IMG/VR virus record: IMGVR_UViG_3300020045_002893 | Location: 1 to 38,961 of that record | Length of the DNA stretch: 38,961 nt | Source: a virus | Lineage: Duplodnaviria > Caudoviricetes | Direction: 5' to 3' (one strand) | Shown: positions 25,597-34,118 of the stretch, piece by piece | How the letters are laid out: the number at the start of each line of letters is the position of its first letter | How positions within the stretch are numbered: position 1 is the stretch's first letter | The notes under the pieces: model-generated | What the model saw: the letters and a program-made list of their open reading frames with translations, nothing else | The model's database searches: none | What the model was told of the DNA's origin: nothing | Made by a program: the position numbers and the translations under genes

Positions 25597-26417
25597 TCTG
25601 GACCGACACACTGCGCCGCGCCGATCTGGCTCTGGCCGGGCAGGAGAACAACCCGTTCTTCGCATGGTCCAACATTGCGGCCACGGCGACGCTGAGCGGC
25701 ACGGCGGTTGCGACCGATGGGCAGCGCGAGAACGCCGTGAGCGGCGGCACGGCCCCGCGCTGGCGACCGTCCGGCACGGGCGATGCAACGTTCATCGTGG
25801 GCATTGCTGCGGATACCCCGGTGCGGTTTCTGGGCATTGCGGCGCACAGCCTGCACAAGGCGGGCGCGCTGGTGCAGTGGCACTACAACCTGTCGGCATC
25901 GGGCGGTACGTGGGTGGCTGTCACAGCGGCGGCTGCGGCGGTGCAAGGCGCTATGGCGTGGCGGTTCCGCGAGGTGACGGCCCGGCAATGGCGGCTGACG
26001 GTATCCAGCATTGACGCGGCCAACGTCGCAACGCTGGGCGTGCTGTTCGTCGGCAATGAGACGGTCATGCCGATGCGGATTTACCAGGGTTTCGCGCCGC
26101 GCATCGTGCCAACCAATGTCGAATTGCAGTCCAACGTGTCGGAGGGCGGCAACCTTCTGGGGTCCAGCGTTGTTCGCTCGGGGTCCAGCCTGGACATGGC
26201 GTTCGCCCATATCGCGCCTGCGTTCGTGCGGGGCGAGTTCAAGCCCTTCATGGAGCATTTCAACGCCGGTCGCGGCTTCTTCACGGCATGGCGTCCTGAG
26301 AAATACCCGGAGGATGTGCATTTTGGCTGGCGTGACGGCGGCGTGATCCGGCCAGACAACGCCGGGCCGCGCGATTACATGGCGCTGCGGGTACAAGCGA
26401 GGTTGCACGATGGCTGA
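25593..26417 (+). CDS. distal tail/baseplate protein
   Basis: Directly after the tape measure gene; GIAAHSL...SEGGNLLG...FFTAWRP. Confidence 0.75.
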   Translation: MIWTDTLRRADLALAGQENNPFFAWSNIAATATLSGTAVATDGQRENAVSGGTAPRWRPSGTGDATFIVGIAADTPVRFLGIAAHSLHKAGALVQWHYNLSASGGTWVAVTAAAAAVQGAMAWRFREVTARQWRLTVSSIDAANVATLGVLFVGNETVMPMRIYQGFAPRIVPTNVELQSNVSEGGNLLGSSVVRSGSSLDMAFAHIAPAFVRGEFKPFMEHFNAGRGFFTAWRPEKYPEDVHFGWRDGGVIRPDNAGPRDYMALRVQARLHDG

Positions 26418-26601
26418 CAACACCTTGACGCTTTCGATGAACACCAAGTTGGCGCAGGCTGGCATTGCTGTTGCTGAATGGATGCTGCGGATCGGCTTGC
26501 CCTATCGTGCGGCCTTCGCTGTCGTGCGGGCAACGTGCTGGGTGCGTATCGGTCGGCGCTGGACGTGGCTTGGCCGCAATTTGGAGTTGCACGATGGCTG
26601 A
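26410..26601 (+). CDS. small hypothetical protein inserted in the tail module
   Basis: 63-aa ORF flanked by the 16-bp direct repeat GTTGCACGATGGCTGA. Confidence 0.5.
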   Translation: MADNTLTLSMNTKLAQAGIAVAEWMLRIGLPYRAAFAVVRATCWVRIGRRWTWLGRNLELHDG

Positions 26602-28939
26602 TGAATTTGGCCGTGATCTGCAAACCATCGTGGAGATGGATATCGACTATTGCACCCGCACGTATGGCGTGCTGCCGTGCCGCGCTGCGCTGGGGCAGGC
26701 GGTCATGCGGACGAACCTTGCGCTTAGGTCGCAAGAATTCGGCAACGCCACATGGGCAACGTCGGGGATCACGCGGGTTGTGGATACGGTCGTTGCGCCG
26801 GATGAAACGACCACGGCAGACACGTACACCAGCACGGGCGGCAGCAGCTTTAGCCAGACCATCGCCAAAGCAGCCACCGCACTGCAATACACGGCATCGC
26901 TGCATGTGAAGATCAGCGCGATCACGGCCTTTACGTTCACGCTGGACGGCGTGTCGGCGCTAAATCGTGGCGCGGCGGTGTTCGATCTTGCCGCCATGAC
27001 CCTGACCAGCGTCACGGCGATTGGCACGTTCACCGGGGCAACGGCTGGCGTCGAGGCGCTGCCGGGCGGGTGGTATCGCATCTGGCTGACCGTCACCACC
27101 GGCACCGAAACGAGCATGCGATACCGGGCTTTCTGGGCTGGCACGGGAACGGTGTTGACGTTGTGGGGCGCGCAGCTTGAGTTGGGCTTGGGAATGTCCA
27201 CCTACAAACCCACCACGACTGCCGCAGTTACCGAAATGTGGCGCACCGGCACGGCCAAATGCTACAACGGCTATGCGACGTGCCAGAGCAAGCCGCAGTT
27301 TGCCAGCGAACCCAAGACGCTGCGGTACGGCATCAACACGAGCAACCTGCCCGTGGATCAGGCGCACATTTTCCCGGCGCTGCGGTCGGTGTCCACCCGC
27401 GCGGCGGAAATCAACCTGTCTGGTGTCGATCCGCGTTCCACGGCGCTGGGGGTCAGGGGCAAGGCCACAATCGAGATTGACGACTTCACCGATAACGACC
27501 TGTCGGTGGACAAATACGCGCTAGAGCGGGTCAGCGGTGCGGCACAGGTGGATGGCATCGGCTATCTGCCGCAGGACCGCAGCACGCATCTGCGCAAGAT
27601 GGCCGTGCGGTTTCCGTACTACAACGGGCGCGCGGCGCGGGTTGCCACGGGCAAGGCGGGCGAGTTGCTGGCCGACTACACCCGCCGCCACTACGTCATC
27701 GCAGAGAAAACCGGGCCGGGGTCTGCCGGTCGGCAGCGCATCTTGGTTAAGGATATTTTCGACATTGCCGAAGATGACAAGTCTGTGCTGCCTGCCCTGT
27801 CGCGGGGCAAGCTGGAAGCCGATGTTGACGACGCCGCAGGGGCCACGCTGACGCTGCTGCCTGCCACTGTGGGGGCCGAGTACCAAGCATCGGGCCGGGT
27901 GTGCATCGGTGGAGAGGTGGCGCTCTACACCCGCGTGGGCGACGTGCTGACCCTGACACAGCGCGGCATGGATGGCACGCAGGCCGATAGCCACAGCGCG
28001 GGCGATCTGGCGCAGGAGTGCGCGCGGTTTGACGCCGTGCCGCTGGCTGATGCGCTGCACACGGTACTGACCAGCACGCTGGGCACCAACCCGATCCCCA
28101 CTGCGCAGATCGACCTTGCCGAATGGCAGTCCGAGGCGCTTGGCTGGCTAGCTGGCGTTGTCGTCACGGCGACACTGACGGAGCCATACCCGCGCAAAGA
28201 GCTGGCGGGCGAGTTGTGCCAGTTTGGCGCGCTGATCTGGCCGGATGAGGTGGATCAGACTATCCGGTTCCGGGCCAACCGCCCGCTTGGTCCGGGCGAG
28301 ACGCCATATCTGCTGAGCGATGGCGAAAACCTGTTGGAAAAGTCGGGAGACATTGCCGACGATGTGAAAGAGCGGATCACGCGCGTGTTTTTCTGGCACG
28401 GTATGCGCGACCCCACGCAGGGCATTGACGGCGCGGAAAACATGAACAAGGGCGAGGTGTCCTTGAACGCCGAGGAGGAGCAGCCGCAGAGTTACGACGA
28501 GGTGCGTCTGCACCAGATCACGACGCGCTGGCTGGGGCAGTTTGGCAGCAACACCATCGCCGCAATCGTTGCTGACCGGCTGGCATCGCGCTACCGGGTG
28601 ACGCCGCAGACCTACACCGGCATGCTTGACGACAAAGACGCGCGCAACATCAAGCTGGGCGACATTTGCATGGTCACAACCCGGCTTATCGTGGACGTTC
28701 ACGGCGCACCCCTACCCACATTGATGCAGGTGCGGTACATTGAGGACACGGTGCCGGGGCATCGGGCGCAGATCAAGTTGCAGACGTTCACCTTCGAGGG
28801 GCGTTTTGGTTACATCATGCTGCCCGACGCGCCGGATTATGATGCCGCCACCGATGCTGAAAAGCTTGAGGGGGCTTGGATGGTTGACGAAGCAATCGGT
28901 GATTTTGGAGACGGCCTTGGCCCGTATGTGATGTTCTGA
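26594..28939 (+). CDS. tail tip/hub protein with an inserted beta-sandwich domain
   Basis: N-terminal DYCTRTYGVLPC...KCYNGYATC Cys motif; RGMDGTQADSHSAGD; GGAG RBS. Confidence 0.85.
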   Translation: MADEFGRDLQTIVEMDIDYCTRTYGVLPCRAALGQAVMRTNLALRSQEFGNATWATSGITRVVDTVVAPDETTTADTYTSTGGSSFSQTIAKAATALQYTASLHVKISAITAFTFTLDGVSALNRGAAVFDLAAMTLTSVTAIGTFTGATAGVEALPGGWYRIWLTVTTGTETSMRYRAFWAGTGTVLTLWGAQLELGLGMSTYKPTTTAAVTEMWRTGTAKCYNGYATCQSKPQFASEPKTLRYGINTSNLPVDQAHIFPALRSVSTRAAEINLSGVDPRSTALGVRGKATIEIDDFTDNDLSVDKYALERVSGAAQVDGIGYLPQDRSTHLRKMAVRFPYYNGRAARVATGKAGELLADYTRRHYVIAEKTGPGSAGRQRILVKDIFDIAEDDKSVLPALSRGKLEADVDDAAGATLTLLPATVGAEYQASGRVCIGGEVALYTRVGDVLTLTQRGMDGTQADSHSAGDLAQECARFDAVPLADALHTVLTSTLGTNPIPTAQIDLAEWQSEALGWLAGVVVTATLTEPYPRKELAGELCQFGALIWPDEVDQTIRFRANRPLGPGETPYLLSDGENLLEKSGDIADDVKERITRVFFWHGMRDPTQGIDGAENMNKGEVSLNAEEEQPQSYDEVRLHQITTRWLGQFGSNTIAAIVADRLASRYRVTPQTYTGMLDDKDARNIKLGDICMVTTRLIVDVHGAPLPTLMQVRYIEDTVPGHRAQIKLQTFTFEGRFGYIMLPDAPDYDAATDAEKLEGAWMVDEAIGDFGDGLGPYVMF

Positions 28940-29433
28940 TGGCATGGACAAATTTTCTAGACGCAGTTTTGGCGCACAAAAAGCCGATCACCCTGCAAAT
29001 TCTGCGCGGGCTGCGCGATAACATCATTTCGTTGGCGGCGGGTGACCCCGGAGCGCCACGTGTCACGCAATCGGCTCTACTTGAGGCGGTTTCTGGCGCT
29101 GGCACAGAGGTTGTGAGGATCACGGGCGCGCTGGAAGATGGCGAGGCTTCAAGGATCTCAATCGGCTGTATTGCCGATGCCAGCGTTCGCGTCGTCATGT
29201 CAGGTGACGGCAACGTCAACGTATTGTGCTACGTGACCCGTAATGGTGCTTTTCAGCAAATACAGAGCAGTAACGGGACATTCACTATAAACTTGGAGTA
29301 TGGGGATAATGCGGATGTTTCGGCAATAAAAACTGCGGGCGGCGTTGCTGAAAGTTACGATATTGCTGTTTACACCGTGTCCCCGTCGCCAAGGGTGCTG
29401 GTACTGCGCCAGACCAAAGAGCTTCCGATCTAA
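28939..29433 (+). CDS. minor tail protein
   Basis: N-terminus KPIT...LRDN...GDPGAPRV typical of small tail proteins; AT-richer 3' half. Confidence 0.7.
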   Translation: MAWTNFLDAVLAHKKPITLQILRGLRDNIISLAAGDPGAPRVTQSALLEAVSGAGTEVVRITGALEDGEASRISIGCIADASVRVVMSGDGNVNVLCYVTRNGAFQQIQSSNGTFTINLEYGDNADVSAIKTAGGVAESYDIAVYTVSPSPRVLVLRQTKELPI

Positions 29434-29486
29434 GCCATTGCGCCCGTAACAAACCGCATCACAAGCAGTAGTGCCAAGACACATCG

Positions 29487-29500
29487 CGATATGATACAGT
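29487..29500 (+). promoter_or_regulatory. late-promoter motif
   Basis: CGATATGATACAGT upstream of the fibre/spike genes. Confidence 0.6.
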
Positions 29501-29531
29501 CCCGGCAATACGCACCTGAAAAGGCCCCGGC

Positions 29532-29846
29532 ATGATCTGCACCAGCTATCCCCATATTCGCGGCGCGACGTTCCGCATCCGGCTGGCCGTGCCGCTCAAC
29601 ACGGATGGGTGGGTGCTGACCAGTGCCGCCACCGCGCTGGGCGTCATGTACGATCTGGATATTCGGGCCATTGATATTTCGGGCAACACGACGGAAACGG
29701 GCGTTGTGGAAATCAGCGCGCCAGCCACGGACACGGCGCTATGGCCGCTGCACCTGATGCAGGCAGACTTCAAGGCAGTGCTGGGCGATGAAGTCGTCTA
29801 CCAGCGCAAATTCTTCATCAACGTCGAACAAGGGGTTACGCCATGA
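29532..29846 (+). CDS. putative fibre adaptor/baseplate protein
   Basis: RGATF...TDTALWP beta protein preceding the spike; ATGA-coupled. Confidence 0.7.
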   Translation: MICTSYPHIRGATFRIRLAVPLNTDGWVLTSAATALGVMYDLDIRAIDISGNTTETGVVEISAPATDTALWPLHLMQADFKAVLGDEVVYQRKFFINVEQGVTP

Positions 29847-32323
29847 CGGTCGATCTTCTGGGCGGTGGCCGCGTCGGCCCGTCTGCATATGAAATCTACG
29901 TGGAAGTGCAGACGGCGGCGGGTCAGCCCGTCCTGAGCAAATCGGCGTGGATTGCATCCCTTGAAGGCGAGGCACCGTGGGTGCTGGATCCTGCGCATCC
30001 GGATTGGGTGAGCAACTACACGTTCCCGGCCAATGCTGCCGTGCGGTATCAGGGGAGCCTGTACAAAGCCCTGTCCAGCACCATCGGCGTAACGCCCGGA
30101 ACCAACTCGGCTGTCTGGCTGCTGCTGCTGCCGGGCATTGACCAAGAACTGTACGACGATCTGTTGCTGGAAGTGCAGGAAATCGCCGATGGCGTGACGG
30201 TATCTGTTGCGCAGGCGGCAGCATCTTCCGCCACGGCGGTTGCGGCTGCTGAGGACGCAGAGGCCGCGCTGAACGCCGTGAACGAAACGGCTGCGAACCT
30301 CAACGATGGGATTTTTGACAACGTGTCGGAGGGGCTTGCCGACAGCCCGATCGATGGCGATCGGTTTGTGGTCTATGACGCCGACGGCTATAGCCTCTAT
30401 CGCAACAACGCGGGCGTGGCGCAGCTGGTGGTAGGGCCCTTCCCGACGCTGGAGAAAATGAAAGACCCGGTGCGCGATGCGCTGGATGGCGTGTTCTCGG
30501 CCCCGACGATCAACTGGGCGGCGACGGTCGAAAGCGGCTATATCGACAAGGTGACGGGCGCGCCCACTTCGAACTCGTCCTATCGCCGCACGGGCATGCT
30601 GGCGGTAGGGCCGGATACGGCAATCATCACGACCGCCGTGCCGATCACCCCCAGCTTCGCAGCCTGCAACATAGCCTTCTTTGACGAAAGCGAAGCCCTT
30701 CTGGGTTTCCGAAATGTCCAGAGCGACGCCGACGAAGTGGTGGTGGGTGATGCCTTCGAGGAGGCCAAATTTGTGCGCGTGACCTCGGTCAGCACCGATC
30801 CCTTCAGCGTCACTCTGCGCAAGATCGCGCGCACCACGAGCGTGGATCAGCTGCCGGATCTGCTGGGGCACTTCGATCTGGTCGATTACATGCTCGACAC
30901 GACGCCCGGCTACATCCGCGCCAGCAACGGGACTTTCGTCACGTCCGAGACATGGGCGCTGTCGGAGTTCATTCCCGTATGGCCTGGCCGGGTGTTCCAC
31001 TTCACTGGTGGCGGCAACGCCCCCGTGGGGTCGGTGGTCGGCTATGACGAGAGCGGGATCTTTATCGAAACGCTGCTGGCGGCCACCGTGTCGTCTGGCG
31101 TCCATACGAACAGCCGGGTCGTGATACCGGATGGCATCGCGCAGATCCGCGCCTGCGCCATCGCGGCGCTGCCGTACAGCCTGACCACGCTGGAGCAAAC
31201 GTTCCTCTCGACCTACAACGCGGGCGGGGGCAGCACGGCGTTTGAGCCGGTCGCGCTGGTGCCGGAGAGCGTGTGGGCGGTGAAAGACCAGCCGGTATAC
31301 CTGTTCTCGCGCGGGATCATTCCCGACCCGGCGGTGGACGTGGCTTTCGGACAGCGGTATTTCAACACCCGCAGCTACAAGATTACCCCCACGGCGGCTG
31401 GCAACAGCACGTTGAACATCCGCGCTGTGCAGCCGGGCGGCAGCACCAAGTGGAACGCCACCACAACGCTGCGGGTGGCTGACACGCCGGTGAACCCGTC
31501 TGCGGCGCGGAACATAATCTGCATGGGCGACAGCATCACGGCGGGCCAAGACGCGGTGGGGTCCGACTATCCCAACGAACTGTCGCGCCGCCTGCGTGGC
31601 ATCGGTGACGCGCTGGACACGGGCACTGCATCGCCAACCGCGCTGGCGCTGTCGAACATGCTGTTCCGCGGCACCCGTGGCGGCTACACGGTCAAGCATG
31701 AGGGCCGTCCGGGATGGTCCGCAGACCGCTACCTGACCGACGACGACCCGGTGACCAACGCCTTCTGGGATCCGATTGCGGGCGAATTTTCCATGGAGCA
31801 TTACCTGTTCGACAACGGGTTCGACCTGACCGGCGATCCGACGAACGGCGTGGATGCGACCGGCAGCAACCTCACAGTGGTGCTGTGCCTCGGCTGGAAT
31901 GACGTGTGGAACACGACCGTCAGCGCCAGCGCCGCGCGCCTGGGCGATCTGGTGGACGCAATCCACGCCACGCACCCCGATGCGGAGATTGTCATCTTCG
32001 GCCTGTGGCCCGCCCCGGAACTGAACGTCAAGAACTTCTCGGCCACCCGGTACGTTTCGCCGGTCCAGATTTTTGAGTTGGCCGTGCGTGACTATGGCGT
32101 GGCTTACAAGGCGATGGCCGAAAACCGGACGAACGTGGAATTCTTGCAGGTCAGCCACGTTTTCGACCCGGAGACGGGATACAACACCGACGTGTTCGAG
32201 GTGTCGGCCCGCAGCGCCGCGACCTACACCGCCGCCACGGATCACGTGCACCCCAGCAACATCGGCTATGCCTACATTGCCGACGCCGTGTTTGCCCGCT
32301 TGATCCACCTGTACTGCCAATGA
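29843..32323 (+). CDS. tail spike/receptor-binding protein with a C-terminal SGNH/GDSL esterase
   Basis: GDSIT, GRPGW, LGWND and DHVHP blocks; N-terminal CBM5/12-like WVSNYTF...VRYQGSLYKAL...W. Confidence 0.88.
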   Translation: MTVDLLGGGRVGPSAYEIYVEVQTAAGQPVLSKSAWIASLEGEAPWVLDPAHPDWVSNYTFPANAAVRYQGSLYKALSSTIGVTPGTNSAVWLLLLPGIDQELYDDLLLEVQEIADGVTVSVAQAAASSATAVAAAEDAEAALNAVNETAANLNDGIFDNVSEGLADSPIDGDRFVVYDADGYSLYRNNAGVAQLVVGPFPTLEKMKDPVRDALDGVFSAPTINWAATVESGYIDKVTGAPTSNSSYRRTGMLAVGPDTAIITTAVPITPSFAACNIAFFDESEALLGFRNVQSDADEVVVGDAFEEAKFVRVTSVSTDPFSVTLRKIARTTSVDQLPDLLGHFDLVDYMLDTTPGYIRASNGTFVTSETWALSEFIPVWPGRVFHFTGGGNAPVGSVVGYDESGIFIETLLAATVSSGVHTNSRVVIPDGIAQIRACAIAALPYSLTTLEQTFLSTYNAGGGSTAFEPVALVPESVWAVKDQPVYLFSRGIIPDPAVDVAFGQRYFNTRSYKITPTAAGNSTLNIRAVQPGGSTKWNATTTLRVADTPVNPSAARNIICMGDSITAGQDAVGSDYPNELSRRLRGIGDALDTGTASPTALALSNMLFRGTRGGYTVKHEGRPGWSADRYLTDDDPVTNAFWDPIAGEFSMEHYLFDNGFDLTGDPTNGVDATGSNLTVVLCLGWNDVWNTTVSASAARLGDLVDAIHATHPDAEIVIFGLWPAPELNVKNFSATRYVSPVQIFELAVRDYGVAYKAMAENRTNVEFLQVSHVFDPETGYNTDVFEVSARSAATYTAATDHVHPSNIGYAYIADAVFARLIHLYCQ

Positions 32324-32354
32324 ACCTCACAACCCCCACCGATCACGCAGGGCA

Positions 32355-32383
32355 TTTACGCGCCAATCATATTCGCGTATGTT
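32355..32383 (+). promoter_or_regulatory. sigma70-type promoter of the HNH cassette
   Basis: TTTACG-17 bp-TATGTT. Confidence 0.5.
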
Positions 32384-32412
32384 CCGCTAAACGAATGGTT
32401 GGGGGTCAGGGA

Positions 32413-33006
32413 ATGAGCCAAAATAAGTCTGAAAGCAAACCGCTTCCGTCTCAAGAGGATATCAACGCCCTGATGTCGTACGACGCGGGATCGGGGAAGC
32501 TTTTTTGGAAAGAAAGGCCAGAAAAGTTCTTTAAGGAAGGTCAGAGGAAAAAGAATGTTTGTAGCCGGTGGAACAATATGTGGGCCGGGAAAGAGGCATT
32601 CACCAGCACAAACATATCAGGTTACAAGCAGGGCACTTTCCTTGGTTCCGTATACCGCGCGCACAGGATCATATGGAAAATGCAAACTGGCGAAGAACCG
32701 GTTTTTATTGACCATATCGACGGCGATAGAACCAACAATAGGATTGAAAACCTTCGGTCTGTTTCGGCAGTTGATAACTCAAAAAATATTAGCATTGGGA
32801 CAAGAAATACTTCTGGCGTTACGGGTGTTTCAAAGACGAAAAGCGGGAAAATGTGGAGAGCCTTTATATCGGCAAATGAAAAGCAGATACACATTGGAAC
32901 ATTCCGCTCAAAATCAGATGCTGCAATTGCCAGAAAATCCGCTGAAGTAGCCTTGGGGTTTCACCAAAACCACGGTAAAAAAAATGAACGCCTATCTAAA
33001 TCTTGA
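32413..33006 (+). CDS. HNH homing endonuclease with an AP2-like domain
   Basis: AHRIIW...IDHIDGDRTNNRIENLR...NTSGVTGV...WRAFI...HIGTF; strongly AT-rich. Confidence 0.93.
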   Translation: MSQNKSESKPLPSQEDINALMSYDAGSGKLFWKERPEKFFKEGQRKKNVCSRWNNMWAGKEAFTSTNISGYKQGTFLGSVYRAHRIIWKMQTGEEPVFIDHIDGDRTNNRIENLRSVSAVDNSKNISIGTRNTSGVTGVSKTKSGKMWRAFISANEKQIHIGTFRSKSDAAIARKSAEVALGFHQNHGKKNERLSKS

Positions 33007-33361
33007 GACGCCAGACGCGCACATGGGCAGCGCCTACGAATGGGCCGCTGTCCTGCTAGCGCATGGGTTCATCGGCCTTGCGCTGGTGGCCGTGGTGGCT
33101 GTTCTGCTCGACGCTGCGGAATGGATCACCGACACGCGGCGCACGGCATGGGTGGCGGTTGTGCTGTGCTATGCGCTGCTGTGGGAGGGCGCTGTGCAGC
33201 GATACGGGGCGGGGCTGGGGGATGCGGCCACGGATACCGCTGCCGTGGCGCTGGGCGGGGCTGTGGGGTTGCTTGCGTGGTCACGGCAGGGAGTGGCACT
33301 GGCTGCGGCGCTGGTGGCCCTGTGCGGGCTGCTGTGGCGCGGTGTGCGGAGGCGTGGGTGA
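32984..33361 (+). CDS. multi-pass membrane protein
   Basis: About four hydrophobic segments; GC content returns to the genome average. Confidence 0.75.
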   Translation: MNAYLNLETPDAHMGSAYEWAAVLLAHGFIGLALVAVVAVLLDAAEWITDTRRTAWVAVVLCYALLWEGAVQRYGAGLGDAATDTAAVALGGAVGLLAWSRQGVALAAALVALCGLLWRGVRRRG

Positions 33362-33535
33362 GCGTGGGGCCGGGCTTTGTTTTCGAAGGTACGAATGTCT
33401 TTTGTCACCGGCCAGAACCTGTTGACGGCCCTGCTGTAAAGCTCCCGCGCTCGGGAGGCGTGTCGACAAAATTTGCAGAGACATCATCCGCTGTAGTCAC
33501 TGCTGCATTCGACACGCCGCCGGAAAGCGGAATTT

Positions 33536-33610
33536 TGGTCAGGGTGGCAGGGATCGAACCTGCGACTTCCGCATTCCAAGTGCGGCACGCTACCGCTGCG
33601 CCACACCCTG
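33536..33610 (-). tRNA. tRNA-Pro(TGG)
   Basis: CAGGGTG/CACCCTG acceptor stem, CCGCA-CTTGGAA-TGCGG anticodon arm, GGTTCGATCC T arm, encoded CCA. Confidence 0.95.
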
Positions 33611-33612
33611 AC

Positions 33613-33689
33613 TGGTTGCGAGGGAGGGATTTGAACCCACGGCCTCAAGGTTATGAGCCTTGCGCGCTACCTGACTGCGCCACCTCACG
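33613..33689 (-). tRNA. tRNA-Met(CAT), initiator-like
   Basis: C1:A72 mismatch, CAAGG-CTCATAA-CCTTG anticodon arm, TTCAAAT T loop, GCAACCA end. Confidence 0.92.
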
Positions 33690-33695
33690 CCGCGA

Positions 33696-33723
33696 AATAT
33701 ACACCACAACCCCAAGGATGCAA
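33696..33723 (-). promoter_or_regulatory. promoter of the tRNA cassette
   Basis: TTGCAT-16 bp-TATATT followed by a GC-rich discriminator directly before tRNA-Met. Confidence 0.65.
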
Positions 33724-33725
33724 GC

Positions 33726-34118
33726 GTGAACGAGTTTGAGCGATACGCCCCGGCCATGGCGCTGTTCTACGGCGGTTCGGCCATGACGGCGGCAATCTTC
33801 GGCCATGAGGTTGCGGCGGGCGGATCGCCGGTCACGCCGGAAATGTACGGCCCTGTCGTCTATGCCGTGCCTGCCGTGGTGTGGATCGCGGTGCAGTTTT
33901 CATTCGGGGCCATTGCCGCGCTGGGATGCTGGATGCGTTGGCGCATGGTCGCGGGCGTGGCGGGCATGGGAACCACTGTTCTGCTGGCGTTTTTTGCGGT
34001 AGCATCGCTGCAAGCCGAAGCGGGAACATTGCTCAACGCTGGCACGTTGGGATGGTTAGCCCCTATGTCGGCACTTGGTTCGATTATCTGTCTGACGGGG
34101 GCGCGGGATGGCCGATGA
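33726..34118 (+). CDS. multi-pass membrane protein (holin/antiholin candidate)
   Basis: About four TM segments; upstream of the endolysin. Confidence 0.7.
   Translation: MNEFERYAPAMALFYGGSAMTAAIFGHEVAAGGSPVTPEMYGPVVYAVPAVVWIAVQFSFGAIAALGCWMRWRMVAGVAGMGTTVLLAFFAVASLQAEAGTLLNAGTLGWLAPMSALGSIICLTGARDGR

Noticed and set aside
29798-32320. 840-codon ORF antisense to the tail spike
   Set aside because: It is the shadow of a high-GC3 gene. It has no recognisable motifs and its composition is typical of antisense frames.
26594-32323. Diversity-generating retroelement or invertible tail-fibre cassette
   Set aside because: No reverse transcriptase, invertase, template/variable repeat pair or inverted crossover sites were seen near the tail genes.
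33457-33518. Y RNA/YrlA or third tRNA identity for the long stem
   Set aside because: No bulged-C Ro-binding helix, T-loop or CCA is visible. Kept only as an unassigned structured RNA.
33040-33729. 229-aa ORF spanning the tRNA region
   Set aside because: It translates through the reverse complement of two tRNAs (VAGIEPATS, RDLNPRP are classic tRNA-shadow peptides).
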